From Amoeboradix gromovi X-113 (Eukaryota > Fungi > Sanchytriomycota), in contig JADGIF010000008.1 of the NCBI GenBank assembly GCA_018985225.1, positions 15,731-47,730 of the forward strand: DNA of 32,000 bases, written 5' to 3'. The number at the start of each line of letters is the position of its first letter. Positions within the stretch are counted from its first letter, which is position 1. The notes beneath the pieces were generated by a model. The model saw nothing but the letters and a program-made list of their open reading frames with translations, did not search any database and had not been told where the DNA came from. This document shows, piece by piece, positions 9,666 through 20,055 of the stretch. Position numbers and translations under genes: made by a program.

Positions 9666-10634
9666 ATGGAAAAATCACTTCAAAATTATTTACGAGCTAA
9701 AAATGCAATTTCTTTGGAAGAATTCGAAAAAAACATAACAGACGACAAAGAATTGATGGAACTGGTACTGAAATATATTTCAAGACAAAACAGTCGAATA
9801 AAGTACAAATGTTTACAGTTATTTGTTACCCTGACAGATAAGAAAATTATCGATTTATTTTTTGATAATCTTAAAAAGTTTGTAAACCATGTTCTGAAAT
9901 CGTACAGCGCACCTCCAATATACCACAATAAATCCAGACAATTACTTTTTACATTAATTGAGAATAACTACAATAGCCGCGATCACCCAAGATTAAAGAT
10001 GGCATACTTCTATTTGAAGAAATCGTTTCCTGAATTTCATCAAGTCATACATTCAGAAACCTCGAAAAGACAGAAAATTCAGGATATTGAGTCTAGCAAG
10101 TCAAAGATGCACAAAAGCATTATAAAAGACCTGAATACAATACAAAATGAAACGAAATCAATAATATCGGATGTGGAGAATGTTTTTAATGAATATATTC
10201 CTGATTTCAAGTCTAATGGTAAAATAACTGATGAAATACCCACTGGAATCACCAAAACTCTGAATCTACACATATCTGTGAATCTTGAGAAATACAATCT
10301 CACTAACGAGCAAAACTCTACACTTTCCAAGTCTCGCGATTTAATTGACTTCAAGTATATTCCTCAATTAAAATATTTTGATGTAAAAATTAATCAGTTT
10401 TCTATAGCTGATGACATGCTAATCCAGTCTGTATACAAGGAACTGGCAGAGTTGAGAAGTATACTCAAGCAAATGAGCATATTTTCAATCAGAACTGTTA
10501 GCTCTGAGGAAGTAGACTCAGATGATGATGATTTTGAAGAAGTATTTGTTCCAAGAAAAAGAAATGCTTCTTCTGAACTTATGGTGGGTGGTAGAAAGAA
10601 AACGAGATTGGACCTATCCAACTTCTTGGCTTGA
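9666..10634 (+). CDS. UVSSA-like protein (N-terminal VHS-like helical domain), apparently lacking the C-terminal region
   Basis: NSRIKYKCLQL...APP...LKMAYFYLK and the acidic DSDDDDFEEV tract resemble UVSSA as recalled. It ends in a basic NLS-like tail (RKR...RKKTR). Confidence 0.55.
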   Translation: MEKSLQNYLRAKNAISLEEFEKNITDDKELMELVLKYISRQNSRIKYKCLQLFVTLTDKKIIDLFFDNLKKFVNHVLKSYSAPPIYHNKSRQLLFTLIENNYNSRDHPRLKMAYFYLKKSFPEFHQVIHSETSKRQKIQDIESSKSKMHKSIIKDLNTIQNETKSIISDVENVFNEYIPDFKSNGKITDEIPTGITKTLNLHISVNLEKYNLTNEQNSTLSKSRDLIDFKYIPQLKYFDVKINQFSIADDMLIQSVYKELAELRSILKQMSIFSIRTVSSEEVDSDDDDFEEVFVPRKRNASSELMVGGRKKTRLDLSNFLA

Positions 10635-11089
10635 TAGCATCTGGGAGATGATTTTGTCAAGATAGTCCCAGGGGCAGGTCAGAATAACTCTTGGGAAAAT
10701 TTCTCATCCTATTGACCTATTTAGACGCTTTACTGACAGCCCTTTTTGGCGAAGTCAGGCACATATGCTACATATTCTACGTTGGTAGAAGCGTTGTTGT
10801 TCGCATGAAAGAATTTCTCTTGTTTTCTTCCTCTTGAAGCACGAATTAGGAACCCTTTTCTACTTCTGATTCATTTATAACGTTTTAAATGCAGAAAAAG
10901 CGCATAAGAAACACGAGCCGTGTTCATGTAAGCATAGTAGCTTCACTGTTTTTATCATCATAGTTATTATAGCTGCATAAAGGGCTTCAATTTTTTCTAT
11001 GAAAACACCACAGGAAGTGCGTCAGACTTATGTGTAGACTCTATCTCATATACCATAAACTGTGTGAAACTTGACTTTGACCTCCTCTC

Positions 11090-12076
11090 ATGGACTTTAT
11101 TAGGAAAAAGTTGTCGGGTTTTTGGTGGCCATCCGATAATTTAGTCATTGAATCCGAGACCAAGCTGTTAAACATGTGCTCTATCCCGTATTCAATTGAG
11201 CTCGTGGAGTTATCAGAAAAGAAATACATAAACACGTTTAGGATACAGTCTAAAACAGAGGATAAGTCTCTTGTTATGACCCATGGTTTCGGCGCAGGAC
11301 TAGCCTACTATTTTTTAAATTTTCCAAGCTTATCAACATTGGCTAAAACCCATGGCATGTCGGTTTATGCGATAGATTGGTTAGGAATGGGCAGGTCATC
11401 TAGAAATGCCATCAACTCGTATGATATTAAAAGTGTAGAGAACTATTTTATTGATGCATTAGAAGAGTGGCGGGTTAAGTTGAGAATTCGCAAAATGATA
11501 TTGCTTGGCCACTCATTTGGAGGATATTTGTCTGTTGCTTACTCTCTAAAATATCCCGAGCACGTAGAAAAACTGATCTTAATCTCACCAGTGGGGTTTT
11601 CTGAAAAGCCAATGGCTAATCCAAGATCTCACCCAAAATGGATAGAGTTATGTTGGTATTTTAACATCACACCTCAACTGCTTCTTCGCTTTTTGGGTCC
11701 TTTCGGCAAAATTTTAGTTTCTAACATGGCGAAAAATCGCTTCATGTTTTTAAACAACGAGCAATTAGAACATATTAAAGATTATATGCTGCATATAAAT
11801 ATGAATACAGGTGCTGGCGAATTTGCTATGAATCCTCTATTGATGCCAGGTGCATATGCTAGAGATCCATTAATACATCGATTTCGTAACATACGTTGTC
11901 CCACGGCATTCATATATGGAAAGACAGACTGGATTCACACAAGTGCTGCTTATTCGTGTATAGAATCCCACCCCTTCCCTGATTTGCACAATATTCAAAT
12001 TTGTAATGGTGGCCACTTTATGTTTTTAGATAATTCAGAAGAATTTAACAGCCTTTTAATAAACATTTTGGTATAG
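11090..12076 (+). CDS. Alpha/beta hydrolase, ABHD4/ABHD5 (Cld1/Ict1)-like lipid hydrolase/acyltransferase
   Basis: HGFGAG, YAIDWLGMGRSSR, nucleophile elbow GHSFGGY, LILISPVG, YGKTDW and the C-terminal GGHFMFLD (HxxxxD). Confidence 0.92.
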   Translation: MDFIRKKLSGFWWPSDNLVIESETKLLNMCSIPYSIELVELSEKKYINTFRIQSKTEDKSLVMTHGFGAGLAYYFLNFPSLSTLAKTHGMSVYAIDWLGMGRSSRNAINSYDIKSVENYFIDALEEWRVKLRIRKMILLGHSFGGYLSVAYSLKYPEHVEKLILISPVGFSEKPMANPRSHPKWIELCWYFNITPQLLLRFLGPFGKILVSNMAKNRFMFLNNEQLEHIKDYMLHINMNTGAGEFAMNPLLMPGAYARDPLIHRFRNIRCPTAFIYGKTDWIHTSAAYSCIESHPFPDLHNIQICNGGHFMFLDNSEEFNSLLINILV

Positions 12077-12182
12077 CTGCCTTGGTCATTTCTATGTGTT
12101 TTTAGCCATTTAACGATTTAGGATATAAGGAGGAATTTGGTCAGGAGGCTAGAATTAATAATTTTTGATACTTCTCCACTGC

Positions 12183-12449
12183 ATGTCAACTTTACCATCG
12201 AAAAGACAATTAGAGACATTGGACGATGAACGAACATCTAAAAAACAGCATTATGATGATTTTAAATTTGAAGCACCCACCTATTCTTGGAAAACAATAC
12301 CGTATAAAGCCCTGACTTTACTATTAGTGTGTAATGGCATTGTGCTAGTAGTCGGTCTGACGTTTACTCTTGCAATTAATATTTTGATGATGGCTCTGGC
12401 CTTTGGTCCTTTTATTGCCCTGATACTTTTGCTTAGCAGATGGAAATAA
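12183..12449 (+). CDS. Small membrane protein (~88 aa) with a long C-terminal hydrophobic hairpin
   Basis: ATG at 12183, charged N-terminus, then about 42 hydrophobic residues. The stop overlaps AATAAA as in neighbouring genes. Confidence 0.55.
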   Translation: MSTLPSKRQLETLDDERTSKKQHYDDFKFEAPTYSWKTIPYKALTLLLVCNGIVLVVGLTFTLAINILMMALAFGPFIALILLLSRWK

Positions 12450-13054
12450 ATCTTGTTACTCAATTTTGATCCTCCACTATTCTCTCTGCAAGATTAAAAG
12501 TTATTTAACCTTACCTCTCTTTCTTAGCGCTCTTCAAGCTAAAAATTACGATTAGCAAATGCTGCAAAATCATTAACAAACCCCATCAGATTCTAAACAC
12601 AGCCTCTTTACTTAATAAATCGGTCTATAAACAATCCAAATATTTTTTTTTGTTTTCTAAACTATATTGAATGCCTAGAATTTGATAGATTAGATGGCTA
12701 ATCGATGGTATCGGTTTCTGGTTTGTATCACGTGCACCACATTAATTTTATTCAAGGAAAGAGCTCAGGGAAGATAAGCTCGCACCAATGCAGTTGACGA
12801 TATCAATGTAAATTGTTGTCTAGCAATTGTCATACTACTAGTAGTTTATCAATTCTTACTGGGTAATTCATTTAGGGTGATTACGTTAGCTATATTGCTC
12901 CAATATACTCTCTTTATAGTCTCAAACTGCATGAAAAAGCATATTAAGGACCGGTATAATAATAAGTTCCACTGTAAAGAAAAAGAATTACATTGATAGA
13001 ATAGAATGACGTATTTACTATTCAAACTTATAAAAAGTGTGGCGCTCCGAAGAT

Positions 13055-13248
13055 AATCAATTTGGGGACATATACATTACAAGATGTCATTTGGAATTAG
13101 ATAAAGAACATAATACTTGAAGTATATTTATCCCAATTCGATTTTACTGCAGGGTATTGGAATCATGAGCAACAGCTATAACTTAGCGACTGGCTTTGTC
13201 AGTTTTTCTGTGGAAACACTTGAGTTCCTCGTAAACCAGGACTTTTAG
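13055..13248 (+). pseudogene. Decayed coding fragment A, homologous to 28646..28847 (-)
   Basis: Ends ...LLQGIGIMSNSYNLATGFVSFSVETLEFLVNQDF*. Nucleotide similarity to the second copy is visible over about 200 bp, with frameshifts and stops upstream. Confidence 0.65.
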
Positions 13249-13297
13249 CGAGGAATCTATGTCTCAATTGTTGAATAAATTTACTATCTGAAAGATC

Positions 13298-14397
13298 CTA
13301 GCCCTGTCTCAGTCGCTCTACCAAAGCCTGTCTCATTTCGTCTTGGGATCTAACCTCGTCTTGGATATCATATACCTCTTGTGCATGGTCTGCTGCCAAG
13401 GGAGGATTAGTAAGCGCATCATGCACTTTAGTTACGAATTGGACCACGTTAACGGCCGTTCTGAATCTATTTAAATGGGTGTGTATATTAGGTAGTAGGT
13501 TGTGGCGCTAAGTGAGTAATAAAGTACGCCTATCTCTGCTGGTTTCCTGCCCAGCGTCATAACATTGTTCAACCACGGATGACTTAATGCTTCATCTGCG
13601 GATAGTCTCTTGAGTGGATCTACGATCAGCAAGTGCTTTATAAAGTCTTTCGCTTCTGCGCTAATTGAATTCCAGTCGCCTTTGTTAAATCGATAGTTTC
13701 CACTCATAATTCGCAAGTGCTCGTCTAACCCTTCATCCTTCTCTAGATTTTCAAAGGGAGTATATCCACAAAGTATAAAGTATGCAGTAACTCCAATTGA
13801 CCACATGTCTACGGATTGATTGTAAGGCTCGCCTAGTAATATTTCCGGAGCCACGAATCCTTTCGATCCAGCTGGGCTGAGAAGTGATGGTCTATCTAAA
13901 GGGTCTATATGTGCTGCCAATCCAAAATCTACTAATACTAAATCTAATTTGTCTTTGTGTACAAAAACAACATTTTCAGGTTTTATATCTCTGTGCACTA
14001 TGTGTTTGCCGTGAAGATATGATAGTGCACGTAACAGTTGTTTTATAATTATCTGAGCATGCCCTTCATCAAAGTGCTTTAATTTTATTAGTTTGTCCAT
14101 TAGCTCACCTCCGTTCAATAAATCCATTATTACATAAAGAAAGTGCTCCTCATAGTAGTAGTCTATTAAATGGATTACATTAGGATGATTTAATTGATTC
14201 ATAATAGCAATTTCATTATAAACATACCGATCTAATTTTTGTAATTTTAGCATGCTTAAATGGAATTTCTTACATGCATATAAGGCTCCGCTGGTGTGTC
14301 TACAAGCATAAACACTAGCAAAAGTACCTTCACCAACTTTGTTTTCGATTTGATATTGATGTTTATTCAGAGGTAAAATAAATCCATTTTCAGACAT
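13298..14397 (-). CDS. Calcium/calmodulin-dependent protein kinase (CaMK I / Cmk1-2-like), ~359 aa, complement(join(13298..13507,13528..14397))
   Basis: GEGTFASV, ACK, HRDIKPEN, DFG, APE and DMWSIGV. Removing a 20-nt intron adds RHNLLPNIHTHLNRFRTAVNVVQFV..., the autoinhibitory/CaM-binding-like segment, and the frame stays open to TAG at 13298-13300. Confidence 0.92.
13508..13527 (-). other. Predicted 20-nt spliceosomal intron GTACTTTATTACTCACTTAG
   Basis: GT..TAG, ends CTCACTTAG (A at -6), phase 0, and restores the conserved CaMK tail. Confidence 0.85.
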
Positions 14398-15005
14398 GAA
14401 AATTAATGAGTTTCAACCTATATTTGAGACAGAAAATAAGAAACTGATACCATCACATTGGAAAGGAGTTTTAATTCATAAATTTAGTCAGTTTCGCAAG
14501 AGAACCTTTATTTTAAGGACTCCATTGCCGATCAGCTTTGCCTAGGTGCTGTTATGATTCTGTGCAACTTGTTTCGTCTTTATATAAGATTTGATAGCGA
14601 TAACATGGCAATGGCAATCTTACCTATTGATTCTTTCAGGCGGCATCTCAGTGGCTTCACTAGTTTGATGGGACTTGTCTCTCGAAGTTATAAGATTGCA
14701 AATTATGTCCCCTGAGTTGGGAGTTAATTATTCTACGTTATATAGAAAGACACTACTATGTTCTATGAAAATAGATGCTGAGAGTGTTAAAATGATGATT
14801 TAAGAAAAGAAAGATTTTTTAGCTATTATGAGGAAACACCCTATAAAAAGTTCCAAAAAATTTAGAATACAGATCTTATCAAACCATTACAATAGCATTA
14901 AGACCATCATTAGGACCTGGAAACTCGAAATCCTATTGAAAAAGCAGCTTAAACGTTGTTGTCCGCCAACGCGATGAGAATTGATCGCTAATTAGTGGAT
15001 ACATA

Positions 15006-15310
15006 CGGGACATCAAATATAAAAACCAGACTAGCTTTCTGAAATTGTTTGAATTATTATTTCAAGTTTCTATTAACCGATAGTAAATTAAATTAAATTA
15101 ATCAGATTGGTTGCACCTTTTGCTTAGATACTCAAAGATCTTATTTGAAAGAGATATTGGGTCATCTTGTCTTATTTTAAAGAGAGGGATGACATTAATG
15201 AAAGAAAAGCGGTTTGAAAGAAGCAGGACTTTTATTAATAATAGTATTTCCTCCTTATGGTGCACGTACCTTAAAAATGACTTGGTCAAGTTTTTATATT
15301 TGGTGTCCCA
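15006..15310 (+). mobile_element. TIR element copy 3 (305 bp), short form
   Basis: CGGGACATCAAATATAAAAACCAGAC ... GTCAAGTTTTTATATTTGGTGTCCCA, flanked by TA...TA. The track ORF 15111..15350 is the element's residual coding frame. Confidence 0.92.
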
Positions 15311-15481
15311 TAGGATTAACAGAAACGGGGAAATTGAAGTATCCCAATAAGACAAATTTGTATGCGCTTTATGAAATTAAATTTTTCCTGATTACTGGAT
15401 CTAGAGCAGAATAAACTCTCGATTTTCTATAGATCGCACAGGAGCCCAAAAATCGCATTCCTTGTTTGAGGATTTCAGTGA

Positions 15482-16618
15482 ATGGAAGCTACTATATATC
15501 CCAGCATTTCTAGGTTATTAGATACCAAAATTCATGTTCCAGTACATATTCATGTATATAACATTTTAGACATTGAAAGGAATGGTGTATTGCCGAAGGA
15601 CATTTCATTCTCAAAAATGCAAAAATCTAAAATATTCGGCAAGTCTATAATAAACGGGCTAAAACTGTTTAAACAACAGCGATTAAAAGAGATCAGTATT
15701 CTAATAAAAGTACTAAATACAACTAGAGTAGTTCAAACCAATTCTGACAGATGCTTCAAAGAGACCTTAGTAATTGATTTATTTGACACCAATATCAGCA
15801 CAATAAATATAACTGCTGTTGTATCTAATATCGAGTATTATGGAGAATCTTATGTATACCCTATTGATGGATACGCCGTAATTAGTGACATTGATGATAC
15901 TATGCGTATTGCTGACGGCTATGACCTGTATCAGTTATTGTCGTCTTCACTGTATTATAATTATACACCAGTAGAAGGCATGCCTTCTTTATATGAGAAC
16001 TGGAGGAAAAATAATAACTGCCGTTTTTATTATGTCACTACAAGTCCAGATCAATTATACAAGGAGGTGTCTAACTTAATCAAGACATACAACTTCCCAA
16101 AAGGTCATTACATGGGTAGACACTTCAGATGGTATTATAATGACTCTCAGGTTAGTCATTCAGACACAATTGCAAAATTAATGCCTTCAGAGGGTAACAT
16201 CATGATAAATGAACACCGTCAGGCTGTTGTTAATGATACCGCGTATCAGCAAGCAGATAAAGACATGACAGAAACAATTCAACATATTTTAACCGAGCAG
16301 GACAGAGAAATGCTGATTTATAATCACAAGTATTTGAGCATATACGAGCTGGTTGATTCACACCCATTGACTAAATTCGTTTTAATAGGCGATGATACCG
16401 CTCAAGATACATATATATTTAGTAAAATATACTCGCATTTCCCAAATAGAATAAAAAAGATATATATCAGACATGTTTGTAAAAACCATCATTTATTACT
16501 AAAGAGTTCTTCAGCCAGAGAAATTCAGAACTTGCAGGATGCCAAAAATGCGTTAAAAAATACGCCTCATGTAATATTCCTTCATCCATCGGAGTTGCCA
16601 ATAAATTTTAATTTTTAA
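15482..16618 (+). CDS. App1-family phosphatidate phosphatase (HAD-like, DUF2183)
   Basis: VISDIDDTMR (DxDxT), FYYVTTSPDQLY, FPKG, FVLIGDDTAQD and IYIRHV. Confidence 0.88.
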   Translation: MEATIYPSISRLLDTKIHVPVHIHVYNILDIERNGVLPKDISFSKMQKSKIFGKSIINGLKLFKQQRLKEISILIKVLNTTRVVQTNSDRCFKETLVIDLFDTNISTINITAVVSNIEYYGESYVYPIDGYAVISDIDDTMRIADGYDLYQLLSSSLYYNYTPVEGMPSLYENWRKNNNCRFYYVTTSPDQLYKEVSNLIKTYNFPKGHYMGRHFRWYYNDSQVSHSDTIAKLMPSEGNIMINEHRQAVVNDTAYQQADKDMTETIQHILTEQDREMLIYNHKYLSIYELVDSHPLTKFVLIGDDTAQDTYIFSKIYSHFPNRIKKIYIRHVCKNHHLLLKSSSAREIQNLQDAKNALKNTPHVIFLHPSELPINFNF

Positions 16619-16626
16619 ATTTAATC

Positions 16627-17469
16627 TTATTCCAATGCATGAATATCGATTCTTTCTTCATTTAATATGTAGAGCACATCTTTTGATACAGTAGCATTCA
16701 GTATAGGCAAATCATTTTCTTCACACTTCAGAGTGAATTGCAGACGAGGGGACTTCATCATATCTAAATGAACTAGCATGAAATCAGACATGGCTAAAAT
16801 ACCATATTTGGTGGATTTCAGTACCTTTGGAGTAAACGGGAGGTCATATTGGGTTAATGTTTGATAATGATCATCAAAAACATCAAGTTTGCATAGAGAA
16901 TTTTGAGCATAAACAATAGCAAAAAACGACATTTCCATGTCCAACACGTCACTCCAATCCACTTTTAGACTCACTGATTTGATACTGACCATGGAAGAAC
17001 GAGTGTAAACAACTATATACTCCTTATATTGGACTAGAACATGATTACGACTGGATTTGATAGATTTACATTTAATAAACAGATGCGGTGTAAATAGTGA
17101 GTTCTTTTCGTCCCCTTTTATCCAATTTAACGTGTTGATACCTGCTTCGTTACAATAAATAGCACCAATAGTGTCGAAATGAGCAAGCAACGGGCGTTCA
17201 TGCAGCAGTAAACTATGATTTGATGGAAGAATCTGCACGTAATGAGGATGCTTGATTTGCAGCAATACGCCATCACCAATAAAATACTCACCAAAGTGTT
17301 CTTTGTCGTTGATGATGCAGCCAGTGGATGTTAATTCAATTACTTGATTATGAATTACGGCAATGTCAATTTTATTTTGATCTTTGACAGTCTCATACTG
17401 TTTTTGCTTTTTCTCTATACGAGTACGTTTGGACACTAACGATCTGTACAGTGAGTTGAAATCTGTCAT
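16627..17469 (-). CDS. Hypothetical protein, beta-strand-rich (possible degenerate beta-propeller)
   Basis: Intact ORF with first in-frame ATG at 17469 (the track start at 17508 is GTG). It has repeated short beta-strand-like segments but no recognisable motif. Confidence 0.65.
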   Translation of the reverse strand: MTDFNSLYRSLVSKRTRIEKKQKQYETVKDQNKIDIAVIHNQVIELTSTGCIINDKEHFGEYFIGDGVLLQIKHPHYVQILPSNHSLLLHERPLLAHFDTIGAIYCNEAGINTLNWIKGDEKNSLFTPHLFIKCKSIKSSRNHVLVQYKEYIVVYTRSSMVSIKSVSLKVDWSDVLDMEMSFFAIVYAQNSLCKLDVFDDHYQTLTQYDLPFTPKVLKSTKYGILAMSDFMLVHLDMMKSPRLQFTLKCEENDLPILNATVSKDVLYILNEERIDIHALE

Positions 17470-17540
17470 GAGGTATGTACCTTGTTTTATGAGCAAAGCA
17501 GAAATCACATTCTGGAAATATATTTATTTTATGAAATGAA

Positions 17541-17897
17541 TCAATACAGAGTAATACTTTCCGCATTAAGTGGAAGATACTGTGGAAGTACTTTGGTTTT
17601 TCCTAATTCTGTTTTGAAAGGATTGACATAACCTCTTTCTTTTGATGCTTCCAATATGCGCACAGTGTTTCTATCAGATTCAGCCTGTAGAAAAGGCAAC
17701 AGCGATATGCGTAGCCATGCTTTTTCTCTTTTTAATTCCTCCTTCTCTTTAAATCCCTTTAAAAAGTGATACCACCCATATCCCATTATACCTCCAACTC
17801 CTAATAGAAGTATTACACTTGATGGGCCTTTGGGTGGAAGATTTCTTTCGTACTTTATTGCGCCAAATCCACTTTTTGGAGGCAAATCTTGTTTCAT
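17541..17897 (-). CDS. NDUFA13: NADH:ubiquinone oxidoreductase subunit A13 (GRIM-19)
   Basis: MKQDLPPKSGFGAIKYERNLPPKGPS, one TM segment, then ELKREKAWLRISLLPFLQAESDR. Confidence 0.93.
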   Translation of the reverse strand: MKQDLPPKSGFGAIKYERNLPPKGPSSVILLLGVGGIMGYGWYHFLKGFKEKEELKREKAWLRISLLPFLQAESDRNTVRILEASKERGYVNPFKTELGKTKVLPQYLPLNAESITLY

Positions 17898-17943
17898 ACG
17901 ATTTCGAATAAATCAAAAAATCATTGCATTGAAAGGGTGACAC

Positions 17944-18783
17944 ATGGCTGTTCTTGATCAGTTATATTCTTATTTGCCTTTCGGTTCAAGCCCTTCAGTT
18001 GTCGATTTAAACAATAAATTTGTTCTGATAACTGGTGCTTCATCTGGTATCGGCCTCGGTTTCTGTCATATCTTGTTGAAAAATTATCCTCACGTCAAAT
18101 TGGTGGTTGTAGATTTGGTCAAACCGGACTTTCAATGTACATTTATCAAATGTGATTTAAGCAAATCTGCAGAAGTTAAAAAGGTGTTTTTGGATATTTC
18201 TGATAAGCACGGCATTCCGGATGTATTCATCTTAAACGCTGGTGTTCAGCACTCTGTTAGCCTTGAAGACGTTTCCGATGAGCAATATGAGAGAATTATC
18301 AATGTCAATTTCAAAAACTCCTACTACGCTGTAAAACCTTTCCTAGCTGGTTTTAAATCTCGCAAATCGGGCCATTTAATCTTCACTTGCTCTGTTTGCT
18401 CTTTTATATCTGCTCCGAATGCAGTTCCTTACTGTGCGTCAAAAGCAGCACAATATTCATTTGCTGGTGGATTAAGAAGCGAACTGAATGATTTCAATGT
18501 TCAAGTGTCTACTTTAACACCCGGACATATCAAAACAGCTATGTTTAAAGACTATAAAGTTAAGTACGACTGGTTAACACCGTCCATGACTCCAGACTAT
18601 GTTTCCCATGCTATTTTTAACATCACCCAAAAGCAGTCTTCTCAGCAATGGATGCAGCCAATGTTTACCATACTAGGACCTTTAAGTATGCTGTTTCCAC
18701 CTAGGATGTATTTGTATTTGCAAAGATTGACAGGCGCAGATGTGGCAATTCAGGTAGCACCGAAAATAGTGGAAGCTAAATAA
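17944..18783 (+). CDS. Short-chain dehydrogenase/reductase (classical SDR)
   Basis: ITGASSGIG, LNAG, catalytic YCASK and PGHIKTAM. Confidence 0.95.
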   Translation: MAVLDQLYSYLPFGSSPSVVDLNNKFVLITGASSGIGLGFCHILLKNYPHVKLVVVDLVKPDFQCTFIKCDLSKSAEVKKVFLDISDKHGIPDVFILNAGVQHSVSLEDVSDEQYERIINVNFKNSYYAVKPFLAGFKSRKSGHLIFTCSVCSFISAPNAVPYCASKAAQYSFAGGLRSELNDFNVQVSTLTPGHIKTAMFKDYKVKYDWLTPSMTPDYVSHAIFNITQKQSSQQWMQPMFTILGPLSMLFPPRMYLYLQRLTGADVAIQVAPKIVEAK

Positions 18784-18806
18784 ATCAAGTTATTAAAGTA
18801 ATTCAT

Positions 18807-20055
18807 TTAGTTTATTTCCTTGGAGTCAGAGTCGACTTTAGCAAACTTTGCGGCCTTCTTTTTTTTCAAATATCGATATCCAAAAAATGCAATTATTAAC
18901 AAAGCTAACAAGCCAAACGTGAGTCCCAAGCCTAGAGCTAATTTGTTCACATGGCTGCAATCTAAATTAAAAAAAAGTACCTGGCATCGGTAGAGTGTTC
19001 AGTTGGAAATTATTAAGAGGAGCCGTGGAAACATTGAAACTTTTAGAAGCAGTGACGACCACTGAATCACTTCCTAAACTATCTTGGCCCAGTTCCCAGA
19101 AGAAAATACCTCTCAAGTTGTTTTTCTTTATGTAATCCACCTTGATTTGCACAGACTGTGAGTCCTCAAAAGTGGTAAACAATCCAGACTCTGCATTGTA
19201 ATACCAAGGCACTTTAGAAGCGTCATCAAAGTAACGATTGCCCTTGTCAGTATCATTAATTTCTTTGTTTTTAATAGCTACATCACAATTGTTAGTGCAA
19301 GCGCGGAACAGACCATGTTTATCGTCGCCCTTTATAACCTCATATTGATAGGCATATAAAGGAATACCCAATGCAATCTTGTTATAAGGCACATTAAGTG
19401 CTAGTAGCGATTTAACTCCTCTTTCTGAACTGTGGTCAATATTAGGATTATTAGGATTATGAGTAAACGGAGCTAAATGACTAGCATACCCTCCCTTGAG
19501 ACTTGCGTCATACGCCATCAAGTTGAACCAGTTGAAATAAGAATGGCAATCTTTCAAATTGTAGTTCTTTAAATATTCAGGTACACTTGGTACTGCAGCG
19601 GTTAGTTCAAAAGTGGAGTTTAGCTTTGCTCTTATATCTTTGGAGAGCTGCACAAAATAAGTGCCTTGACCAGACTCGGGATATTCCCAATCTAAGTCCA
19701 CACCGTCCAAGCCATAGTTCGTTAACAAGTTGTTTAAGTCATCGCCTAGTCTAGCTCGCTTATCTGGGTCTTGTGCAACCGGAAGAAAGGAAGAGACCCA
19801 CTTCGAACCACCCACGGAAAGGTAGATCTTCAGATGTGTATTTTTCTGTTTCACCTCTAAAAGGTTGTTCAAATATTTTACAGCACAGCATTCGTCGCAG
19901 TCCTCATCACCAAAAATTAAAGATCCGTCATCTGTGTTGATGTTAAGAAAGCTGAAATTTATATGGCTCAACTTTGACGCTGGAATAGCATTAAAATCAA
20001 TTGGTGACCAAACACTGGTGTACCCAATGACTACCTTTGAGTTTGTTGCGTTCAT
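18807..20055 (-). CDS. GH18 chitinase 1 with C-terminal transmembrane anchor, complement(join(18807..18961,18981..20055))
   Basis: LSVGG, LDGVDLDWEYP (DxxDxDxE), NLMAYD, LGIPLYA and FFWELGQD. After intron removal it ends PDCSHVNKLALGLGLTFGLLALLIIAFFGYRYLKKKKAAKFAKVDSDSKEIN*. The N-terminus is uncertain. Confidence 0.92.
18962..18980 (-). other. Predicted 19-nt spliceosomal intron GTACTTTTTTTTAATTTAG
   Basis: CCAG|GT..TAG, phase 1, A at -6, at the same position as the intron in the paralog. Confidence 0.88.

Noticed and set aside
13064-14712. 9-bp inverted match GGGGACATA / TATGTCCCC around the CaMK gene (possible gene-capturing element)
   Set aside because: The match is too short and has no flanking duplication, and the left match lies within pseudogene fragment A.
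15098-15414. ORFs 15098..15355, 15111..15350 and 15214..15414 as genes
   Set aside because: They lie over element copy 3. The ORF at 15111 is the residual nuclease-like frame with a TTG start and a mutated stop, not a host gene.
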